A DNA stretch of 64,000 nt from Felis catus (taxonomy: Eukaryota): positions 18,912,001-18,976,000 of the forward strand of contig NC_058368.1 of NCBI RefSeq assembly GCF_018350175.1, read 5' to 3'. The position numbers and the translations under genes were made by a program. This document shows, one piece after another, positions 1 through 10,770 of the stretch. The notes under the pieces were generated by a model that did not search any database, had not been told where the DNA came from, and worked only from the letters and a program-made list of their open reading frames with translations. Position 1 is the stretch's first letter; each line of letters begins with the position of its first letter.

Positions 1-135
1 GCAGCAGTCGGCGCCGAACTCCTGCTGACAGGGCCTGCGGACCGAAGGAGGACGGACGCCGCGGGCCGCTCGCTCTCCCGGCGGCGCGACCGCGGCGCTG
101 CTGCCTGTTGAATGTGGCGGCGGCGGCGGCTGCTG
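1..135 (-). other. FOXO1: FOXO1 exon 1, 5' UTR start (non-coding; the gene continues leftward out of the window). The exact TSS is uncertain, about 120-165.
   Basis: The reverse complement reads GCCGCCACATTCAACAGGCAGCAGCG...GCGGCCCGCGGCGTCCGTCC...GGCCCTGTCAGC, matching my recollection of the human FOXO1 mRNA 5' end. MRPS31 upstream on the same strand matches the conserved FOXO1-MRPS31 gene order. Confidence 0.9.
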
Positions 136-213
136 CAGCGACTACGCTGCCGCCCGACTTACGGGATCTGCCGCCGCCCCCCGCCCGCGGCGGCGCGCGC
201 GCCGGCCCGCCCC

Positions 214-237
214 TGACTGACAGCGCACGCGACCAAT
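214..237 (+). promoter_or_regulatory. PBX/PREP decamer (TGACTGACAG) plus CCAAT (NF-Y) composite element
   Basis: TGACTGACAG at 214-223 matches TGANTGACAG; CCAAT follows at 233-237 after a 9-nt spacer. Confidence 0.65.
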
Positions 238-342
238 GAGCGCGCGGCGCCGCCGCCCAGGCAGCCAGTGGTCGCCCGCCTGGGCGGGGGCCGGTTTTCC
301 ACCCGGGAGGCGGCAGTGGTTTGGTGGGGGGTAGTGGGATGT

Positions 343-401
343 TTTTCTCTTTCACACACTCTCTCTTTCTCTCTCTCTCTCTCTCTTTTTTTTTTTTTTT
401 T
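343..401 (+). repeat. (CT)n / poly-T pyrimidine tract splitting the CpG island
   Basis: CT dinucleotide run followed by a T homopolymer, read directly. Confidence 0.9.
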
Positions 402-511
402 GGATCTCTGTTATTATTTTCTGGTAATTCTCAAGTATTTCTGTGAGTCTCTCGCCCTCTCAGTGTTTTGATTGCTAGGAGGCAAACCAGCGTGGAGGCG
501 GCGGCGACACT

Positions 512-519
512 TTGTTTAC
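512..519 (+). promoter_or_regulatory. Forkhead/FOXO response element (DBE, TTGTTTAC)
   Basis: Perfect TTGTTTAC about 350-400 bp upstream of the inferred FOXO1 TSS. Confidence 0.7.
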
Positions 520-607
520 TACTGAAGAGCAAAGCCGAGTACTCGAGAAGCTCGAGTGGAACAAGTCGCTCGCTTCTTCGCCTCGACCTCCGCTCGGGGC
601 TCGAAGT

Positions 608-630
608 GGGGCGGGGCGGGGCCCAGGGGG
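608..630 (+). promoter_or_regulatory. Tandem Sp/KLF GC boxes forming a potential G-quadruplex
   Basis: GGGGCGGGGCGGGGCCCAGGGGG: four runs of at least 4 G with loops of 1, 1 and 4 nt. Confidence 0.6.
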
Positions 631-3600
631 ACGCTCCTCGCTTCGCGGGCACTGGGTGGGCGGGCGGAGGCGGCCTTGCGGAATTCTACTCTATCGCCCC
701 CTTCTCGACTCCACCCACGGTTTTTTGCAGAGAAACGTGGGGAAGTCGGTGGGTTTTGTTTTTGTTTTTTGTTTTATTTTCCTGCGATCTGTCAAGTCCT
801 CCAGCCCCCGCGCGGGCTGCACAAGCCCCTCCCGCACCTGGGTCCCGGCGGTCCAGCCCGCGCGGCGGGCGCCGTCCCCGCCGCCTCCGCGCCTCTAGCC
901 CACCTGTTCGTACCCTAGAGCTGAGCCTCTGCAGGTTCGGTCGAGTCGGGGGCCAGGCGTCCAGCCCAGCGGCAGCCCAGCTGGGTTGACGCCACACTTG
1001 ACCTAAAAGGCTAGAAATGAGATAAAGGGACTCAGCCGGGCTGAAGACGGTCCTATTTCACACGCACACACAGACCCAAAAGCATCCTAGACTTCAGTGC
1101 CCTCTGTGGGATCATCTTCCCCTGCGCGGGAACCTCAGACTCTAATGGTCCAGGGGCGGCGGGGAAGGGGTCAGAGAAGAGCATTTAGAGAGAACCTTGT
1201 CACTTTATTATGTACCCCTAATTAAGTTCAACGGCTTGCTTGTCATTTCTTTGCTATTTAGGATGGAAGTAGTGAGATTTCAAGTAACAGCGCAAGAGGG
1301 GTAAAACCAAAGCCTGGGTGAGCCCTGCCCACCCCCAGGTTCCTTTAAATTGCATCGAGTGTCAGTCGACTTCCCCCCCCCCACCCCACCTTTCCCCATC
1401 TGGGCTCCAGGTCCTGGACGTCCTGTCGAGATCATTGGGGCCAAAGGCAGAAAGACAATGGCCCTTGTGTCTCGGGGAGCAAAAGAAACAGTTTTCAAGA
1501 AACAGTTGTTTGGTTTTGCCTATTTAGGAGGCATAAGGAAAGCATTTCCTTTCAGAGGGATGGGATCACTTGGGATGGAAGATTGACAGTAGGGTTTTAA
1601 ATATCTTGTCCAAAATGACAGCTCCCAATTATTTTTCCAATCCCCTTTCTCTTACAGGTAACTCTTCAATTGAAAAGGGGCATCTAAAGAAAATTAGGCC
1701 TCATTTACGAAAGTTTGAAAGAACTTAGATTTACTTCTTCTTTACATTCTCGCTATCATCTCCCTAGTTCAGGCCCCTGTTTCTTCACAATCCACTTATC
1801 ACAGCTTCCTACTGATAAATGGGGGAGAGGGGCAGGGAAGAGGAAGGTCGTGAGCCTGATGGATTAAGGATAGAGGTGGTTCCCACCCTCCTCCTCTTGT
1901 GGTCTCTGCATTTACTATCAAATGTAGATGGCTCAGGCTTCCTCTGCCAGCCGCTAGGGGACCTCAGTAACCCGGACGACGAGCTCAAAGGAAGGCGCTA
2001 ATGCAGAACTGTTGATAGCCTCAAGTAAGCTCTGCAGAGGCAGCCCCCATTCGCATGGCCGCACCCTACAAATAGGCGGTGCCCTAGTGCATCATTCTTG
2101 GCAAAGGAAGCCAGCTGCAAATTTGGCCTTGCCTTCCTTTCAATTCCGGTTTTTCATGGCTTCAGTCGGAGGAGAGTATTTGGCTAAGGCAGTTTTCTTA
2201 CAGACTTCCCTCAGGTCCTTGAAATCTGGACTATCCTACCTCGTTCCGATGTTGCAGTGGTGGGTTTTTTTTTTTTTTTTGGTCTTTTTTTTTTAAAAAG
2301 TTGAGTTGAGGGGCACCTGTGTGGCTCAATCCGTTGAGCGTGGGACTCTTGATTTCAGCTCAGGTCACCATCTCGAGGTTCGTGGGATGGAGTTCCATGT
2401 CGTGCTCTGCGCTAACTAGTCTGGAGCCTGCTTGGCATTCTCTCTCTCTCTCTCTCTCTCTCTCTGCCCCTCTCCTTCTTTCTCACTCTCAAAGTAAATA
2501 ATATTTTAAAAATAAAAATAAAAAATTTGACTTGAGACAGGCACAGAATACTTATAGCGCCAATGCCCCAGACACATAGTTCCAAAAAACTGAAGGTGTG
2601 ATAAAAGATGTTTCTAGCTGCCTACGGTACCATTGTATGTGTCAATTTACTGAACCTTAGGGTGCTGGTGAACATTTGGCTTGTTTCCAATCTTTAGCTT
2701 GTAGGAGCTATTCAGTAATGAATAACCTTACATAACTCATTTTGCATCTGTGAAAGTATATACACAGGAGGAATTTCCAGAAAAGAGATCACTGGGTCGG
2801 CAGTTAAATGCATTTGTAATTTTGAGACACACAGTCAAATTGCCCTCCATAAGGGTTGTATCCAGCTAAACTTTCTTTCCAGCTAGAACCACAGAATGTT
2901 ACAATTGAAAGTAGACGGGTCACCTCGGTGGCCTCCTTTACTTTCTCCACAAGGAAACTGAGCCCCCCCCCCAACCCCACCAGAGGCTGATTTGTCCAAG
3001 GTCACACAGACCTGAGTGGTGCTGCCAGCGCTGGAACCCCAGTTTCCGGCCTTCCCATCAATAATCTTCTGGACACACAGAAAATTAGAAATACCTGCAG
3101 TCCCAATATAGCAACAACCACTATATAAAACTCTGCGGTATATTTCCTTCCAGTGCATTCCACAGATTTTAGTAATTTTAGTTAAATGAATTGCACTGAA
3201 CTAAATGAAGTTTTGATTTAAAAGGTTGGAAAAGCAGACACAAAAAGATGATGGCGACAGGAAGGTAACGAAAGGAAGAAGATTACAAGAAGTGGTTTGG
3301 GGTTTTTTAGTCAAAAACGTACCCGCTTTCTCTCTGTGAAGGATGCCAAAGTATTTAGGTTGGCATTGGTTCTGCTTAAGAGAAAGAAGTTCATCTCTTT
3401 TCTTCAGTATGTTTTGTGGTAGCCCTTTGCTTTGAAGGCTGTTTCTAATGATTATCACTCACTAGTTGGCACACATGGCCCAACTGGGCAGAAAAAGGTC
3501 TCGTGTCAGGTAAGAGCAATTAAAATGAAAAAGGAAACGCATCATCACAAAGCCCATCTCACAAACCAATGTGTTCTTTTCTCTGCCTGGTTTGCAGGGT

Positions 3601-4216
3601 AATTATTGCCTCATCCTTGATGGGAAGACGGAGGGATGGTTGCCTTCCATCAATGCCCTGGCAGAAACTCCTGCATTTACCCCTCACCACCAACACCCTG
3701 ATCTCTGGTTTCAATTCTTACATGTCAAAATAGGTCATTTAAGTCCGATTTAATGAGTAAATGAAAGGTCTGGATGTTTATTTTTCAGGCATGGTATTTA
3801 TCTTCATACTTCACATTCCCTTTCCCCAACCATTGCCCATTTCCACCATTTTGTCTACATTAAGAGGTACCGCTATCAACCTAAAACAGCCTTTCTTCAC
3901 TTTGTCCGTAGAAAATAATCTGAAAAAACACAGCTTCAGGTTCTTAAACCAATGTCCTGAAACCTGACATACTAAGCGGTAGCTACGGCAACGGCAGAAG
4001 GAGTCATTTCTTTTTCCTGAGGGATAATTTCCTTGGGATTTTGTTATTGTTCCAACAAATATTTATAGAGTGCCTACCATGTAGATGCCAGGTACTGTGC
4101 CTCTTAGAGTGCATCGTTTTGATGGCAAATTCCTTGAGTGCACAGTTTATTTTCTTTTCTTTTATATGACTGTGATGTCAGAGTTAAGGCTATGATACTC
4201 TTAAATAACCAATGCA

Positions 4217-4471
4217 GGGGCGCCTGGGTGGCTCAGTCGGTTAAGCGTCCGACTTCAGCTCAGGTCACCATCTCTGGTCCGTGAGTTGGAGCCCCGCGGC
4301 GGGCTCTGGGCTGATGGCTCAGAGCCTGGAGCCTGCTTCCGGTTCTGTGTCTCCCTCTCTCTCTGCCCCTCCCCCGTTCACATTCTCTCTCTCAAAAATA
4401 AACATTAAAAATAAAATAAAATAAAATAAAATAAAATAAAATAAAATAAAATAAAATAAAATAAAACAAAA
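4217..4471 (+). mobile_element. CanSINE with expanded (AAAAT)n tail
   Basis: Consensus-like head at 4217; pentanucleotide AAAAT array at about 4406-4471. Confidence 0.9.
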
Positions 4472-7400
4472 TGAGAGGTGCCTGGGTGATTCAGTCAGTT
4501 AAGCATCCAACTCTTGGTTTAGGCTCAGGTTATGATCTCACGGTTCATGAGATCAAGCCCAGGTAGGGCTCTGTGCTGAAGGCATGGAGCCTGATTGGGA
4601 CTCTCTCTCTCCATCCCTCCACCCCCTGGCTTGTGCACCCAAGCTCGCTCGCACGCTCTCTCTCTCTCTCTCTCTCAAAATAAATAAATAAACATTTAGA
4701 AAATAAAATAAAATAGACAAAGCATTTGTAATGACATTGTGACTATGTTGATACTGGGGATACAATATTTAAAAGGTTGGAAAAAATGTTAGCAGTGATT
4801 GTATCTGGGTGATGGATTTCTAGGTGATCATTGTTGATACAACACAAACTCCTCCTTTTACACGTAAGAAAACAGAGACACTGAGAATTTCAGTGATTAG
4901 CCCAAGGCTGTGCAGTTCCTGGGACCAGAATTGAGACCTCTGAGCATTCAGCCAAAACCGGTTTTCATGCATTGGTTTTCATGACAGTACCTTTCTAACT
5001 GGAGATTTTCAGACTGTTTGATGAAGTTCAACCTACTTTAACTAATCAATTAGTTAATTAATTAATTAATTTAAAATTCAATCTTTTTTTTTTTTTCTTC
5101 TTGAAGTAACCTCTCTGACCAGCGTTGGGCTTGAATTCACCTCTCAGAAATCGAGAATCGCATGCTTTACCGAGTGAAGCAGTCGCCCCTTAAATTCAAC
5201 CTATTTTAAATAAACACTAGGTCTTTATCTTTGAGACAATAAAATAACTCTCCCAAACTCCAAGCTGTGTAAATGGTACCATTAAAATTTTTTTCTAACA
5301 TTAAGGACTCATAGAATTGCCATAAAATTCACGGATGGCACATGAAATCCCAATTCTTTGAATGTCACAAATCTGAATGTTGCATCCGTGCTTAAGCACA
5401 ATGTGTTTTCACTATTTTATTTCTGTTTTGTGTCATATTAAAGCTCTTCACATGCTTCCAAAAAAGGGGGGACATATGTATTAAATAAGAAAACGCTGCC
5501 ATGTAGAACACAGATGGTAATACATTTTTGGCAGAAAGGAAGTTTAACGAGGCATTTTACTTATTTACTTGGAAAACTAATATGTCTGAATGTTCAAGTT
5601 AAGCAGTAAGAATTAATTGCTGCTTTACAATAATCAGTTGTGTTTTTTTTTTCAAATAAAATGTCCCTATTTCCATAACATTAGAAAGGAAAGGGAGTCA
5701 AAGCTACCCCTGAGAGTCCTTGACAGTAATAAAAGAATGAACAAGAAACTGTTAGCATTTTATGCTAACTGACCATGTTGCTTGTCATTTGTTGATAAGA
5801 ATCAATAACAAGAGGTAATGACTGTGTAGAGTACATGTGTTTTTAATGATATGTATAGTCACTGACTGTATCAGTTAAGGTGTAAAAACAGGAGGTAAGA
5901 GTTTTATCAAATTTCAGATTTGGCTGACTCACAGGGCCCACCCATATGCAACGTCTGCTGTGCCAGAGAGTAAACATAGATGAATAGTGAGTATTTTTCT
6001 AGGGTATCAGGTTTCTATTTGGTGGTAAATACAGCCTTTAAAACACATTGAAATATTCTATATTCTAAGGTTTAACATTTAAAAATGGAATTTCTAATGA
6101 GTTGATCACTGATATCATGCTGGAGGAGAAATTGATTTGTCTCATACGATGCCATGTGTGCTTTAAATGAGTTTGTGTTTGGACAACAAACTAAAAACGG
6201 AACATTTGACAGCTATATTGCATGTCTGCACTCTGGAAGAATCCAACAGGAAAAACTCCTTCCACAATCCAAGACTAAGCTTGGTGAGATCTCTTCCTCC
6301 TGTTTTTCAGATTTACATATCATCTGAAACAAGATGATATATAAATTGACAAATATAAACATATATTTTTTATTTCAAGATATGTTCATATATAAGCCAT
6401 AGATGACTTTTTACCCAGAATCAGAATATATACATAAACGTTATTTTCTTTGTGCCCCAGGGTTAATAAAAATGACTATTTTTTTCAACAGCTTTCATCT
6501 GAATGAGTCTTCAAAACCACCCAATAATGTAGGAGACATTATGATTTGCATTTTACAGAAATTGAAACAGAGGTACAAAGACCTAAGAAACTTACTTATG
6601 GTCTTATCTTACACGTTTATCTAATTATAGGTAGACCATTATCAAAACCCAGAGCTTATCTCCTGTTTAACACTAAATTCCTGCCTCCATAAAATGTTGG
6701 GATTCTTTTAAAGAGAACTAGAAATTAACCAGAGATTAATTCAATGATTCAGGGTTTTTTGGAACAGAAAATTGACTTTGGGACTTTATTTTGGTGGTGG
6801 TGGTGGGGGGGGGGTTATCTGCAATCGGCTCTGCCTGAAACCAGTCGAGTTTATGTTAATGAGAGAAGCCTAGAGATAGAACATAAATAACAATAATAAT
6901 GCTGATGTTTGCATTTGTATAACGCGAATGATGTGGGGGATTTCAAGCCATTAGCACTTGCTTATTTGAACGGACCATATACAATAAGAGCGACTAGCCC
7001 TTCCGGAATGGTTGGCTTATCTGGAACTCTTTCCAAAGCTCTTCTTATCCTGAATAAAAGCACATCAAACCAAAGTGAACCACTAGATTGAGTTCCATCC
7101 CTACCTACCGAAGAAGGTCATTTGCATTGGATTTTTACCTAAAAGCCTTGTTTCATCTGCGTTTCAGAAGCTTGGATTTAAATTAGAACACGTGAACATG
7201 TATTTTACAGTTCAAGTGGAGGCCTTCCTCCTATATTATTTAAAATCCAGCTCTATGGCTGAACCTGCCGGGGATTGGTCAAAGCCTTAAGGTCTACTTT
7301 CCTGGGACAATAAACAATATTATAAGCAAAACAAATAAAATCCCGTGTTCCTTTCTATTTTAAGGTCAACTTCAACATGAATTGGAAAGTGCCTCCTCCA

Positions 7401-9181
7401 CCATCAAGTGAGCATAAAATATCAGAAACATTTTTAGAGCTCCCTACTGTGGGAATGGTATGGGGTCATATCTCAATGCCCCCAGTTCTCCTAAGCGTGA
7501 ATAAAACCTTTAGCTAAGGGTTTAGGGTGCACTCTCTTGTCACGGGGAAGTAAAGCCCCCTCTACAAACCACAGACTACCGGTCAGTATTAGTCAGAAGA
7601 ACTTATCTGTGGCTCCCTTCCTTTCAGCCAGGAAGAGTTTCAATTGCCAATGAATCACAAAAGGCAAATCACTCCTCACTGCTTTAGAATCTCCAGGAGA
7701 TATCCTCGTTTTAATGACCCGTTGAACTTGCTGTGAGAGCCAGCAAATGTTGAAGATTAGTGCCCATCTTTGTATGATAGTCAAGGAAAATCAATCATCC
7801 AAATACATTATCTCTTTTCTTTAATAGCCCTATATTTTATCTTTGATTGGATTTTTCACTTTTCATTATAGACACAGCCATATCAGAACCCTGATAAGGC
7901 CTGGGGAAGCAGGATGGAGAAAGCAGCCGAAAGCCTCCACTTGAATATAAAAGTACGCCCTGCTGTGTTCCTGGGGTTGTGTCGGACCGGGGCTCGAGTG
8001 AAGAGGAAACTGTGGAGACGTAGTGGCTCTCTTACAGATTTGGTAGCCGTTTTATCGAGGGTGCTGTGATGCTTGTTGGCCCTGCATGCAAAATATGATA
8101 AAGTGAAAGCACCAATGATCTTCCAAGAAAAGCAGAAAATCAACTAAGAAGCTCTTTCATTCCCTACGCAATGTTCAATTTATTGTGCGTTTTGAATTTT
8201 TCTCTCGGTATGACTTGCCACCTACATACCTCAATGAGGTAAGGATTAAAATAATGTCTTAAAGTGCTTTGAAACAGGGATGAAATGTTTGTTCTTTGAC
8301 ATCGGTACAACCTCGTGGGTAGGTTTTTCTTACGTGGAGAATTATTTTAACTTAGGTAAACATATAATTTCTAAATCACTCACATTTGTTCTAAAGCCTA
8401 CGATGGCTCCTTCATATTTGAGTGTTATGAGCATCGTTTGCCCAAATCCAACCGATTTTTTGTGAATTCGGAAATAATGTGTGTAATACCCATGGAATAT
8501 CATAGCACAAATTTAGGAAAAATCTCAAACCAGGGATTTTTACTGCCTATCCGTGCCCTACAGCTGAGTTTAAAAAGAAAACAACATATAAAAATGACTT
8601 GAGGATTCGGAACATTTGATCCACCTTTTAATTTGGTCTAATATACCAAAACTTTGCTATAAATGCCTTAGAAATCTTATTATTCTTGATAGTTTCAGCA
8701 GACAATTAAAAAGCAGTTAAAAATAAAGTTAGCTGACTCATTTTGGGAGTTTAGCTGATGGTGTTACTGGCAGCTTCAACTTCAACAGATAATGTTATCA
8801 CAAAAGGCAGCCCAACTTTAACAATAGAGAAAATTTCTCTAAAATAATCGCAATAGAGAATTGATACAATATATTCTTTGGTATTTTGTGGTTCTTCTTT
8901 ACAATAGAATTCTTAAAAACTAAACCCACTTAGACACCTCAACATATTTTGTAAGGGGTAGATGTTGCATCTAAGAAACATAGAAACAGAACACAAGTGA
9001 CTTTCTCATGAAGAGAAAACAAACAAAACATCCTACAAAATCAGCCTGCTCAAAAAAAGAAAAAATCTACACAGCAACAGTAACAGTAAGTATTCCACTT
9101 AAATAGATTTGGAATATAAGGCTTCTAAGTCCTGGATCCTTTTTTTTTTTTTTTAGTATGATTTTTTTAAAGACTATTTAA

Positions 9182-9401
9182 GGGGCGCCTGGGTGGCGCA
9201 GTCGGTTAAGCGTCCGACTTCAGCCAGGTCACGATCTCGGGTCCGTGAGTTCGAGCCCCGCGTCGGGCTCTGGGCTGATGGCTCAGAGCCTGGAGCCTGC
9301 TTCCGATTCTGTGTCTCCCTCTCTCTCTGCCCCTCCCCCGTTCATGCTCTGTCTCTCTCTGTCCCAAAAATAAATAAACACTGGGAAAAAAAAATCTTTA
9401 A
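9182..9401 (+). mobile_element. Young CanSINE with intact target-site duplication
   Basis: CpG-rich body; TSD AAAGACTATTTAA at 9169-9181 and 9402-9414. Confidence 0.92.
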
Positions 9402-10374
9402 AAAGACTATTTAAATCTTATTTAGGAAGGAGTCAATAGCTTAATTTTAATATTCACTTTTGAAATGAAAAAGGACTCATGTCTGTTCATGTAGACAAAT
9501 TATTTCTAAAAAGAAACACCACCTGTATTATCGGATTCTGCAGTTATTCCTAGATTAGTTATTCTTGGCAGTGGTGCTGTAAAACGACATGTCAGTGTGT
9601 GTGTGTGTGTGTGCATGCATGTTCCTATGTGTTACGTACCAGGATTCTATTAAAAGATCACAAATCGCCACCTTACTTTTACAACCCAATTAAAACATAC
9701 AGCAAATTTAGTCACTAATAAAAAAAAGTTGATGAGAAGCATGGAAACCTCTTAAATTAGAAGTCAGGTGGACCTGAAATTTAAAAAAAAAAAAAAGTTG
9801 ATAAAATCACACAGTCAAGGTAGGAATTTGTAATGTAAATGTTATCCCAAAACATTTAAAGACATAGAGGTTGGTTTTTAGTAAGGGTCTTCTTAGCTAC
9901 CTTTGCTACCAAATTCTTAAAGTGGTCATAATGGAAAAATTATTTTTTAATGGGTCATGATGGAGAAATTATTAAAATAGTAATAATGGGTAGGGGCACC
10001 TGACCGGCTCAGTCAGTACAGCATGCAAGTCCTGATCTCAGGGTTGTGAGTTCAAACCTCACGTTAAGGGTAGAGATTGCTTAAAACTAATTTTTTTAAA
10101 TATAAAATAAAATAGGGGCTCAGTCGGTTAAGCATCTGACTCTTCACCTTGGCTCCGGTCATGATCTCACAGCTCATGAGTTCGAGCCCTGTGTAGGGCT
10201 ATGTGCTGCCAGTGTGGAGCCTGCTTTGGGCTCGCTCTCCCTTCCCCTCCCCCACTCTCACTTTCTCTCTCAAAATAAATCAGTAAACTTAAAAAAAAAA
10301 AATGACACATGTCCCATTCTTTGATTGATGTAACCTCATCTGGATTTTTTTGTTTTGTTTTTGCTTAATGAATC

Positions 10375-10770
10375 TGTAATGGGCTGAACTGTGAACCCCC
10401 ACTGCAAATCCATATATTGAAGCCCCCAGAACCTTAGAATGTGACTGCATTTGGAGATAGAGTCTTTAAAGAGGTAATTAAATGAGGTTGTTAGGGTGGT
10501 CCCAGATCCAATCTTTTAAGTGGAAATTTGTACACAGGAGAGACCCCAGGGGCATATATGCACGCACAGGGGAAAGATGATTTGAGGACATAGAGAGAGG
10601 AGGGCATCCGACAGCCAAGGACAGAGGCCTTTGAAAAAACCAAACCTGCTGATCTTGATCAGCCATGATCTTGGACTTGCAGCCTCCAGAACTGTTAGAA
10701 AATTAATTTCTGCTGTTCAAGCCCGCCAGTCTGTGGCATTTTGTATGGGCAGGCACTGCACTAAATGACC
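10375..10770 (+). mobile_element. ERVL-MaLR solo LTR (MLT1A/B-like)
   Basis: Starts TGTAATGGGCTGAA; contains GAATGTGACTGCATTTGGAGATAG and GGACTTGCAGCCTCCAGAACTG...TTTCTGCTGTTCAAGCC, typical MLT1 blocks. Confidence 0.8.

Larger units (their letters stand above)
1..1000. promoter_or_regulatory. FOXO1: CpG island / TATA-less FOXO1 promoter
   Basis: Very high GC and CpG density at 1-330 and 480-1000, multiple CCGCCC/GGGCGG GC boxes, and a CCAAT box at 233-237. Confidence 0.9.

Noticed and set aside
468..997. Overlapping 103-173 aa ORFs upstream of FOXO1
   Set aside because: Stop-poor GC-rich CpG-island sequence, open in several frames at once, with low-complexity Arg/Pro/Gly translations and no recognisable domain.
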